Part shown: in pieces, positions 53,901-64,000 of the stretch | Position numbering within the stretch: the stretch's first letter is position 1 | How the letters are laid out: every line of letters begins with the position of its first letter | Assembly: GCA_002633005.1 (NCBI GenBank) | Contig: NMRA01000090.1 | Location: 978,736-1,042,735 of the forward strand | Length of the DNA stretch: 64,000 nt | Source of the DNA: Phoronis australis | Taxonomy: Eukaryota; Animalia; Phoronida | Direction: 5' to 3' | The notes under the pieces: model-generated | Told to the model about the DNA's origin: nothing | The model's database searches: none | What the model saw: only the letters and a program-made list of their open reading frames with translations | Translations under genes and position numbers: made by a program

Positions 53901-56900
53901 CATTGCGCCTCAATGTTGGAAAATGTTGTACTCCTCAGCCACGTACTACGTGGCTAAGGAGTGTACATACAATGTAGGTTACATAGGCCGGAAACAAGTT
54001 TTCACCGAATAATTAGCCAGAGACCTTGGGACTTTCATCTGTCACGATTTAATTGGCTTTTCCTCGGCTTCGGCAAATCAACTTATTTTGAACTTGCGAA
54101 CACGAGTTCTCGAAAACGGCTCTGTAGGTTTCGTTGAAACTTTCCGAAATTAATATTTGTTTATCAAACTCAAAAGCACTGTTAGGATTTTCGATATGAA
54201 GGCCTAGTTTTTGTGTAATGCATCAAAGGCGAAAACGACTCCTATTTTTTCCAAAAATACCTTACGTTTTGCGAGTTGATTTGTAAATGAAACCTAATGA
54301 AAAAGTAATTGAAAATTCCTAACAGCATTTTTGAGATAACTTGAGAAATGGGGTGATCTTGCTATGGATGCGCTTTCTTAGAAACGAAATTTTGAATTAA
54401 AAAGGTGAAACTTGATAGTAGTAATGTCACATGAATATAAAACATTTTTGTATTCCTTGAACTTTTTTCTTTTGGAAAGGATTTACTTTTACTAGTTGAC
54501 AATGCCTAGCGTTTTGATACAGAAGTTAGTATAGCGGCCACTAGATAAGGTTTGAGAAAAGTTTAAGCAAATCCTAACTGTACACCAGGAGGCAAGCTAA
54601 GAATTATAATGACGTCGCGTACGACATTAGATGAAACTATATAATACTGAGCCTTGGTTTTAATACTTCCTTTGTTGCTGGGAGTGAAGTTCGCGCACAA
54701 GCGGATGTGAATTACCTCCGAAAGTCAGTTTGAGGTTTCGAAAATACACGATGCTTTCCCTATGGTTTATCTTAGTTGTAGTTCTATTGTTCGAAGTATT
54801 TTTGTTGTTCACATCTTTCAGAATTTTATAAATTTTGGCTACACGTTTCAGCTTTCACCTACGGTCTTGTGGGTATCTGTTTTGCATTTGCCGCCGGTCA
54901 CATGGGTGGGATACTCCAATCTGCAATTGTGTTATCCGGAACAGTAGGAGGCGTTATGGTCGGCCTGTTATTTCTTGGAATTCTTTTTCCCCACTGCAGC
55001 TACAAGGTACGAATATGGTCGTGTTGATGCAATTTCAAATACTTTGAAGACTATAATTAGAACTTCAACATTATACAGATATTGACCGATACACGACTAC
55101 CGATGCCGTTTCGTCTGATATTTCGCCTCTTGAGACGAGCTACGTATGGCATCATCTTTTTGCTCCGTGGTCAGAGTTCATGGTTTTTATATCGTATTAT
55201 TGGTCATATCTTAAGTAGGCATCGGCGCGGCATGCATGAAAAGTTAAAATTCACGCAAAGTCGGTCATTATTACGCTATATTAGACGTCGGACAACGGTT
55301 TAGTCAACCAGGGAACAGTGATCTTATGCTTCGACACTCAAAACAAGAAATTGTTCCCCAAAAGGAATTGTTGAGATCTTCACAAAGCAGGATATGCTGC
55401 AAAGTTGACGATATGTGTGTACACTGTACGTACATGTAGGCCTACTTCAACTGTTCTGCTAGTCATTTACGACTTTCTGCCATTGATTGTGAAGCTTTGT
55501 TAGTTTGCACGGCATACTTGCTTCCTATGATCCCTTAGTGTTTTGACCCATTCATGCACACAGAAAGTACTGAACAAGTCCTGAGCCGGACGGTCGTCTT
55601 GTACTCGGCCATTTAAGAAATGAATTTATAACAATTAAGACACGTGTTAATATACTTCGTATTATATTGATTGCTACATCAACAAATTTAAGTGACTGAT
55701 TTTGAACTTTGAGCAACAGCAACGATAATCTACGAAGTCAAATCTCTTGTCTACCAGCCATCTGTTACATATTTGTGTAGCTTATATTTTAACCATTTTC
55801 TAGAGTGCTTACGTTAGCTCCATGACTGCTTCAGCATTCATGCTTTGGATCTTCATTGGTTCAAGAATCTATCCTCCGCTTCCTCAGTACCACCTCCCAA
55901 GATCAACGGAGGGATGTGCGACGCTGAACGGCAGCTATCTTAACGCCAGCTCTTTCAACGGCAGCGTTTTTAACGGCAGCCATTTTAACGAGCCCAGATA
56001 CAGGATCATATTGCCAGAAGAGGTTGTTACGTCAGTTTCTACTACAAACGAATCTTCCGTTGACAGAGAACGGTGCGGTTCTTGCGGATTTTTAGTTGCT
56101 TCCAACTCGTCCTCCTTTCGAAGACAAAAAATGACTTTTGACCACGTACATGTACCTTTATAAAATTGGTCTCGGCTCCTCATTCCGATTGAAAGTAATG
56201 TCTGAGTTTGATAAAGACACCCTTGCCACCATCGGTGTCTAACCTAATGTGCTTTCTTCCGAAACCCAAAAGTCACTAATAATATAATCACAAGGAACAA
56301 ATTCGGCCGATTTATAATGGATTGCGTCTGAACTACTGAGATACGGCAGGCAGAAAGACTGGATTTTGTCAGATTTAACATTGATATTAACATCTGTCAC
56401 ATGACACAGTGTACCATGTTTGTACTTGCTTGCGCTAAAGAAATGCCACAAACCTAATACATTTGAACATTGTCTCATATCTTTGTTTCGACGGTTGCTC
56501 AGTTTTATCTCACTGCATTGGATCGTGACTAAACCTTCCTCATGTTGGGATACTGCCTGCCGCCTGCGTGCAATACGTGAACATGTCTACGACGTGGGTA
56601 AACCGCGCATAGTTATAAACACACCAAAGCCTAGACAAGTAGGGGCGAGAATATTGTTGTTTTCGACATACATGTTACAAAAATTTTATTCTCGAACTAC
56701 AGATCTGGAAACACCTGTCTTTTTCATGTATTATTGCCTCTGTGAAATTATGCCGTTCGTACTAACTTCGCAAGTAATAGTGTACTATTCAAGAAGAAGG
56801 TGATTGAAACTCTCGTCATCAAGTTAACGATATATGCCAAATACGTTTTTCACTTTAGAAATGATCTGAAAATATCAGTTTGTGGCATAATGTCGCCGTC

Positions 56901-59875
56901 TGTCATCTACTTTTTACTTTCAACGTAAGCTATACTTACAGTGTTCTTAAAAATTGGATTCAAATTGTTCATTGGTCAAATTAGAGGTGATTTATGGGCT
57001 TGGAATAGTCTCAACAAATTGGCACGGTGCGCCATTTATACGCCGAGCGAAGTCTCAGAAAATCAGGGCTGAGTTGCATAAAGCTTCAAAAGATATCCGC
57101 TGGATAAATTTGATTGTTGCATGACGTCATGTGCATTGTTCAACACTAACAACGTGACGCGTGATAATGCGACGTCATTGTTGCTATACGGCGTATAACT
57201 TTTATGCAACTGGGCCCAGAAGTTTATTTTCTTTGAAGACTCTGAAAGCACACTTAGTCACCAGAGCAACGAGCAAAGGCAGACTTGATTTGGAGAATAA
57301 CGGAACGTAAATTTATAGCCGTTTTAAGTTGAATGCATTATTGACTGAGTGACCATGTAGATTTTCAGATATTTTACCAGTGTACATGTACATGTTTGTG
57401 CTGTGGAAGGAGGCCTAAAAGACCGTCCTGTATCATGAGAACTGATCAATTTCAGACCAGCCATTGCCGTCTTGTACGCATTGTCTTACCAATTGTATGC
57501 CATGGTCGCCATCTTTATTGTCTGCTTGACGGGAATTTTGAGCAGCTTTGTAATAGGCAAGTGTGCTTTCGTTTCTAATTCACAATTGGAATGCTACTAG
57601 TAGAGAAGTTCTTCGAAGGTGATGAGATTAATGCATTCGAAGACGGGTCCACAGAGAAGACGCTGATCTTTCTTCAGAATTTCTTATGACCCATGGAAAC
57701 AGCAACACTCTTCACTCCACTGACATGGATTCACCAGCGCACGAGTAGCACCACGTCTGTAAATCTTTCTCACAAAATTATGCTTGATGTGACCTAATTT
57801 CTTATTCTGGTGTGCAACTAGGGGGAAACGCAATTTCATTCGATCACGAGCATTTTAAGACGTTGGACATTTTTGTGTGATTCGAGCATGACGGTGGCAA
57901 AGAATTTATAAAAAGCACTAGTAAGTACAGTGTATTTCATTTCTTTAAATCCGTACACGGGTGCATCTAGCGACAATGCATGTTTCACCATGTCGCCGCT
58001 AAAACGGAAAATGGCCAGTTTGCGTACTTTACAATAGTCTGTGCAATAAAATTTTCTTTTANGCCATGAGTGCAGGTTCAGCGGTCAGTGGTAGCATATG
58101 CAGGGGTAACCCCCCGGACATTTAATGACTCAATAACCGCAGTCCAACCGAGTCCAACCTAGGCCAGTCTTAGGGTGAGTCACAACCCAACCGAGTTCAG
58201 AACGCGTCCGGGCGAAGCCTGACCTCACTCCGGTTGAAGGTCACCCGAGGCCTGACTGAGGCTGAAGTTCGTTCGATAGGACATTGGATTCGATCAGCAC
58301 TGTATTCTTCACAGGCGCGACACCTCTCAGTGACGTTGATGCTTGTCTGATATCGCCATTAGTGGTTCATCTGCACTGCTGGCTATCTAGTGAGCAAAAA
58401 GACTTGTTCCGAAAGAAACGTGAACTGGTAATGTTGAAACTTTCCTTGTCTCAAACACTGACTTTTGATGCCTACTCTGAAGTTATATATGAGACTGACA
58501 TCTATGCCCTTCAACATGGACGTTACATATTCCCCAACAGGTCATGGAGTGGGCGGTGCACATGGAAATTGTATTAACATATGGTTATTCAGCCGCAGTA
58601 ATCGTGTTGCATGGCCATAATTATTTTTTCCCGCTGACAGCAAAGACCGGTGAGCAACACATACCACGTGACCACGCGCATCTGCCGTCGCCGAACTCTT
58701 CCAGAAGAATGTGACTTCCTGAAACGCTACACTGCCGTGAAAATATGGCATCCACTCAACTTTCAGTAGTCATTAACCAGCGCCAAGGTTTCTCCTGAAA
58801 CGAGTGGCCCTAGGTTTGCTCACTATGGTAGGGAACAATAAGACTTGGCCGGTGTCAGCAATTTAGATTTTTGAGAACGATCCTTCAGAGGGCGACAGTT
58901 ATATGCGTTTCAGGTGCCCAATTTTGTTGTGGATTTTTACAGTTAAATTTTAAATTCGCTTTTTCACAAACGCGACTAAGTAGTTTTTTTGTATTATGTT
59001 TCAGGAACTTGAATAAAAAATTGTCCATCTATGAAATTTGAAAAGTGAAAGTCACGGAATTAGCCCAATGCATTCTGCTCAGTAAACTGCTTTGTTGATA
59101 AGCTTGACATCCAATTCGTTTACTTTTGTTTGTTGGTAAATCCTGATATTCCCACCAAATAAGTTATACGCTATAGGTATCCGTCAAAAGAAATTACTAA
59201 TGTGAAATCTTTCAAATGAAAAGCCTCACCATGTTTGAATATATGTAGGGACAACGCTGACTGATATCAGAAGGTCAAAAACCATGACCGATATTTTTGA
59301 GCTGAAAATATAATCTTCATTAACTAAAAATAAAACCCAGGAAAATAATAGCTTTGCGAGTCTTTACCTTTGTAAAGCAATAACGACTCTTAGCTTGACG
59401 AAATATAACAACGAATCAATTTGAATAAGCCCCAACATTTCTTCGAAATCTCCACAAAGTTCGAAGAGAGGTAATTTCATCAACTATCTGAAGACAAGTG
59501 TGCACGCGCTTGCATAATTAGTCTGTCTATGGCTGGGTTTTCACAAGAGGACCCTAGGTTGGCGTATTCTATCCCTGTTGACATGCAGAATTCATTGTTA
59601 GTACATTTTTTGTTGGACAGATAATCCCCACCAATCATTTGGATGTTTCACTACTCCAGCACCCTCTGTTGTTCATTTCAATAATGTAATGCACAAAAAA
59701 TATACTGAGCGTTTTGATTTCTTAAGGCGAACCCATTTCTTTCTCCTACCTACATTTTCAGGATACTTCTTCCTCGGGTGATCATGAAATGAAGATGCTT
59801 GTGCATGTGGCTGAAAACAACGTGGCGCCTCCATTGGAGGTTAAGCAAGATGGCAAGATCTTCGAGGACAGATGA
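38938..59875 (+). CDS. SLC5 family sodium:solute symporter (SMCT/SMVT/NIS-like, SLC5A8/SLC5A12/SLC5A6 group), 636 aa, 14 coding exons
   Basis: Exons 38938-39084, 40000-40191, 41900-41965, 45074-45193, 48985-49145, 49774-49914, 50917-51046, 51440-51528, 52671-52783, 54852-55006, 55804-56072, 57456-57556, 58315-58427, 59762-59875. Phases are consistent and the total is 1911 nt. Family motifs: VDYVI..ML..SASIGIYY, ILGTPAEV, EYFEMRF, LYAPALAL, GGIKAVVWTDVLQ, NPTARHTVWSL..GG, CDP..DQVLPFYVMD, PGLFAACIFSGALSSVSS..NSLAA, LFLGILFP, LYALSY. Kozak context gcaccATGg. Confidence 0.93.
42014..42604. mobile_element. Possible Kolobok-like non-autonomous DNA transposon
   Basis: ttaa|aagccactgtac ... gtacagtgtacttt short imperfect TIR next to TTAA; the right TSD is degenerate. 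Confidence 0.4.
43540..44910 (+). mobile_element. Degenerate 5'-truncated non-LTR retrotransposon (LOA/I-group-like): RT C-terminus, RNase H, CCHC knuckle, 3' UTR; in SLC5 intron 3
   Basis: LIYAAVIRPVMSYAASVW...QRLACLYTISAFPGTPPTAMEMLIGLPPL is the post-RT region typical of LOA/Lian elements. VNIHWVRDHVGIDGNGNADRLAKTGA matches the RNase H motif W.xxH.GIxGNExAD. LTDHCNL..H...SPVCPECGTDVKTPNHL is a CCHC knuckle. The frame is broken by stops and frameshifts. Confidence 0.85.
45410..46387 (+). pseudogene. Possible decayed nested gene fragment (signal-peptide first exon) in SLC5 intron 4
   Basis: NRF1-like tgcgcatgcg (45369-45378), then ATG 45410 MEFLSKYVVAL/[+1]/ALLLLISLVQVFDRWPQIPKRPKVTIFVDNCGQQGQLTDKKCVDAEAPCVLYVYDYAVPFGDYTTLL. 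Strong donor g|gtaagt at 45646 and acceptor tctattctgttacag| at 46290. No family recognised. Confidence 0.3.
51092..51161. mobile_element. Short GC-rich MITE family (ca(t/c)gggcggc ... ggggctatagcccc ... gcc(c/g)(a/g)tg); copies also at 4289-4355, 35637-35792, 63177-63245
   Basis: Shared palindrome ggggctatagcccc and TIR. This copy is flanked by the 5-bp TSD cgtga (51087-51091, 51162-51166). Confidence 0.7.
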
Positions 59876-61542
59876 ACTTACGACCAGGGGTAACAACTAC
59901 CAGGAAACCTGCATAAACAAGCCTACCAATGTAGATAGACAGGTTTACAAACTGAGTTATCGCCAAGCCCCGAAATGACCTCTACATCAATTAAACTATA
60001 TACTTAGATCATTTTTCTAAGTACAATGTAAGTGGTTTTGAGAGAAATAGATTTTGTGGCAGAACTTAAGGCACACACCTACTACTTTTGAGACCCGTGA
60101 TGTGGCATTTTTGCCGTGCCTGAGCATGAAACTTGCATTTTTATCTCCTTGAATCCTGAAAGTCACATTGAAAGTGATTTTTTATTGTAGAGAGCAGCCT
60201 CGAAAGTGAAATTAATTGGGATGCGTGAACGTGATTAAAAATTTTGATCTGGACACGGGGGGGGGGGTTAGTGGAATTGATGGCGTTGGGCCTAAGAATT
60301 TGTGATTGGCAATTGGCTGAAGAATCGAAAGACGTCCAAGCGTATGTGGAGAGGAATTTATAGTAATCAGTCTGTCCCCGCAGAGACTAGGCTTGGCTTC
60401 AAGTTGTAGACAAATTTTCTGACTTATAGCTTTATTAGGCCGATTTTGTGAAACACGCTGAGCCATTTGTAAACTGTTTAGCCAATATCAAAAGACAATG
60501 GAATCTGCGAGAAAACAGCCCCCAGCCGATGAACGAATAGGCGAATTTCATGAGACACGGTTAGGTACTTGCATTTAAATTGAACGTTTTCGACCGTCAC
60601 CCTGGTTTCTGTCACCTTCAGGATGGTAATTTTGAATTGCAGTCATGTGATGAAATTTCCGCATTGGACTAGAACAAATCTACTGGGAACTGCAGATCTT
60701 GAAAAAATTCAGTCGTCATGCATGCTCAAACCGTGACTTTTGAGCTTGTATTTGGAGCAGTTAAATCTATCATGGGGATGTTAAATATACATATTTCAAA
60801 TGGCAATTATTTTTCTGAAACTTCTGGGAATAATTAAAATAGCTTTCACTTCATTAATAATTCCGGCTCAAACACAGCCCAGGTGGTTTTAGTTTTGAAT
60901 ATTGTAGGTACCAATTAAAGATATATTTATTTTACTTGTACATCTTGTATATAGGCATGTCAATACAAGAGACTAGACAAAATTGTTGGCATTTTTTGAC
61001 ATGGATAGAACAGTCCGCTGTTGATTCTCATTGTAAGTCATACATTTTGCAAAATCTTGCTGTTATGCGTCAGTGTTTTAAAATTCTTTTGACATGTCCA
61101 AACACAACGTCGTTTTGAAATGTTCACAAACTAGGAACATGGAAATTCCGTTTCTAAAAAAGCGAAATAGTATATGTATACATAACAGAGGGACAAGAAA
61201 AACAAATAACGTAAATTAAGAGTTTCCGTGAAAATTTGCAAGAGTTTGATTTTGGAACACGACTTGAAATGTCGCATTCAAGTTTGGTGGTAAATTTTCG
61301 TCCCTCTGGCAACTTCTTACACATCCATGAATTTAAAACAAGTTTCTACTGTTTTATTTTTCTTCCATTAAGCTGCAAAAATGATATCAAAATTTTCACT
61401 TTTTGACAATAGGGTGGGTCATTTTAAACGCACTTAGTCGTGACTTTGTAAATATTGCACGGAAACATTTGAGAACGCATGCTTGTGTCAATAATTAAGG
61501 AACAATTGTACTAGAAACTGCTGGTAAAATTTTGTAAGTGAA

Positions 61543-62081
61543 TTAATGGTACGGGACCTGTTTTCTGAACCTCTTTTTCATCAAGCACGAAGGCTTAGAT
61601 GAACAATCGTTGACATTAACTGAACAGTTTCTGCCTTCAAAACCAGGAGGACATGAGCACTTGTAGTCGCCAATGCCATCAACACAGATTCCGTTGTTAA
61701 GGCATGGGTTTGTCGCGCACTCGTCGATGTCTGTTTCGCACTGCTTTCCAATGAACCCTGTCGGGCATATGCATTGGTAATCGTCCGTTCTGTCTACGCA
61801 TGTTGCTTTGTTCTTGCACGGATTTGACACGCAGTCATCCACATTATTCTGACAGAGATCGCCATCAAATCCCACTATGCACGAACACGTGGCCTTGTCA
61901 CCCGCAGCGAAGCATGTACCGCCGTTGCTGCAGGTCACCGTTTGGCAAGGATCCAGGACTGTCTCGCAGTGAACGCCAGAATAGCCCCGAGGACACGCAC
62001 ACTTGTAAGACGTGGTATAAACTGTCGTATTAACTTGGTCCTGACATGTTCCACCATTTTTGCAAGGATCACTTGTGCAAG
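61543..62081 (-). CDS. EGF-repeat exon, Delta/Notch-ligand-like: 4 complete EGF repeats plus a truncated 5th, then stop; upstream exons not identified in the window
   Basis: Acceptor ttttttcag| at 62082, phase 1. Translation: CTSDPCKNGGTCQDQVNTTVYTTSYKCACPRGYSGVHCE TVLDPCQTVTCSNGGTC...CSCIVGFDGDLCQ NNVDDCVSNPCKNKATCVDRTDDYQCICPTGFIGKQCE TDIDECATNPCLNNGICVDGIGDYKCSCPPGFEGRNCS VNVNDCSSKP-SCLMKKRFRKQVPYH*. It contains Ca-binding EGF, O-fucose and O-glucose consensus sites. Confidence 0.8.
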
Positions 62082-63176
62082 CTGAAAAAACGGGACACGC
62101 AAAATAGGCCTACTTGTAACCAACGTTCATGAACAAAACAAGAAAAAAAAACGTGATGAGGCACCTGGTGGTACTACTTTTTTTCTTACAATCCATTTTC
62201 ATGGAGAAAGAAATAATGATATAGAGATCTGAAAAAAAAAACAGTCTCCAGTTCCAGCATCAAACCTAAAATGTTCCAATTGGCCGGTACAGAAAGGTTT
62301 GACAATCAGATTGTTTACTTATTCATCATCTTTGTATATTTAATATACACAAAATTGGACTGTTAAGAGGATAAACAATACTGAAGGGTGGGTGGGGTTA
62401 GCAATAAAAATTTGACTTCGCCAAATACCCACCTCCCCCATCGCCATAACTTCCACACGCTGTGTTATCACCAATTTTGGACCCCCCTCACAGGCGTGCG
62501 GATTTGGCTGTTTGAGGTGCATATCCTGGTAAGGCGGCCTCCAAATACTTGGGCACCCATTCTTCAACATCATATTACGCGCGCTACGCACTTAGGTTAT
62601 GATTTTGACCTTTAAAGGTGCAAATGTAACGACTAAGCAACTGTACTGCGGCTGAGAACGCTGGAGAAACACCATGAGAAACAATTTCACCCGCTCGAGA
62701 TTGTGTACACGGACCATCGTCTTGTAAACTTCGATTATATTTTCGTCTATTTCTTAAAGTTGAAATGAAGCCCAGGATCAAGATTCACTTTAATACAGTC
62801 GTGTTTGGGGAAAGTTTATTTTATGAGAGTCATGATTTGAAGGTACTCTTTGGCAAGGTGAGGTTCCAGGGTCCGTGATGCACTGCCTTAAGTACTATTT
62901 CAACATCCCTACTTGAAACCATAGGCACATAAAGTGTATGGATGGCAATCGGATTCCCGAGTTTCTGATAGGCGAAATTCACCAAATGACGCCAAATACT
63001 TCTGAAACACCAATTTCTCAGATGTTCTTTTCAGATTATCCAAAATCTAGGGCATTTGTTTAAGAGTCAGATGATAGAACCCAAAGTTCAACCTGCCTCT
63101 AAGTTCATTGAAGTACCGCCAATCTCTTACAAGAATGTAATTGTAAAAATATCATCCTACGAATCAGTCGATTGTT

Positions 63177-63245
63177 CACGGGCGGCACAAAAAATGGGGG
63201 GGGGGGCGCTATAGCCCCCCTGCCCCCTATGGTGCGCCGCCCATG
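63177..63245. mobile_element. GC-rich MITE copy
   Basis: cacgggcggc...gctatagcccccctgccccctatggtgcgccgcccatg. Confidence 0.65.
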
Positions 63246-64000
63246 TGTTGTACATGCAGAAACACATACATGTAGATCTGAAACCAATGAACCTTTGCAG
63301 GTTACCAGAAGAAATTATCCACCATACTTAGGCCGTTGATCTTGAATTAATCAGTTGTTATATTGTAAGACTTTCTGAAATTCGTAACTCTATGTAGAAA
63401 TGTGTAGGCAATTCCTGAAGGCATGTAGCAGGCAGGTACTTGGCGAGCAACCGATATAGCACGGGAAAGGAGCACCACACGGAGTCTGCTGGTCACCTCA
63501 CAAGGAATTTTCAGACTAAATTTATCCGTGTTAACATGAGTTCTGGCTAATTCTCATGGAAGCATGTTACGATTTATCAATTAAATTAATTTGCACTTTA
63601 GAAATCTCAGAAAGCTTTACCTTTGCCATTACATGTGGTTTTAGCACCTTTATGCGTTAGACATATACACTAAATACGGTCATCAAAAAATCCCGACAGT
63701 CTGGTTGACATGTGTGAGTCTCGTACGAATATTTACTTCCCCATTAACAAGTATTCGTATTAAAAAGAATGTTCAAATACACAATTCTTGGAATACTTTG
63801 GCAAGAAGTATTATGCTATCATTACAAAACCACCGATAATCTTGTTTTGTGTAATTCACAAATAGTTGTCTTTAAGTTCTTTAAACCTTGACGGTCATTA
63901 ATTTTACTTCATTTTCAAAACAATCTCACATTTTGTTTGTTGAATCCGCATGGCCTAATGCAGCTATGCTTCACGTCAACACATTCCATATTTCTTTCGG

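Noticed and set aside
1-64000. Prokaryotic operon or TIR-based anti-phage (Thoeris-like) system
   Set aside because: Low coding density, spliceosomal introns, animal-type TEs and an EGF-repeat gene show that this is metazoan DNA. The TIR gene is intron-split.

Overview
Eukaryotic genomic DNA: AT-rich, intron-rich and full of MITEs and other repeats, most likely from a marine invertebrate bilaterian (inference; the species cannot be fixed from this window). Most entries in the ORF track are spurious, and the real genes are spliced. Three protein-coding loci were reconstructed by hand with phase-consistent splice sites. (1) About 15.9-33.7 kb, + strand: a ~761-765 aa cytosolic TICAM/TRIF-like TIR adaptor with a coiled coil, two TRAF6-type PxExx(Ar/Ac) motifs, a RHIM-like amyloid motif (NIENLQIGNNNQV) and a C-terminal CaaX prenylation box (KKCAIM-stop). 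This is the most interesting object here. (2) About 38.9-59.9 kb, + strand: a 14-coding-exon, 636 aa SLC5 sodium:solute symporter of the SMCT/SMVT/NIS type, with two GC-AG introns. (3) 61.5-62.1 kb, - strand: a Delta/Notch-like EGF-repeat exon that breaks off in its fifth repeat. The introns hold a LOA/I-group non-LTR retrotransposon relic (RT end, RNase H, CCHC), a complete Helentron-type HINE carrying CTCF-like motifs, several MITEs with 5-bp target-site duplications, and minisatellites. No rRNA, convincing tRNA or CRISPR array was seen.
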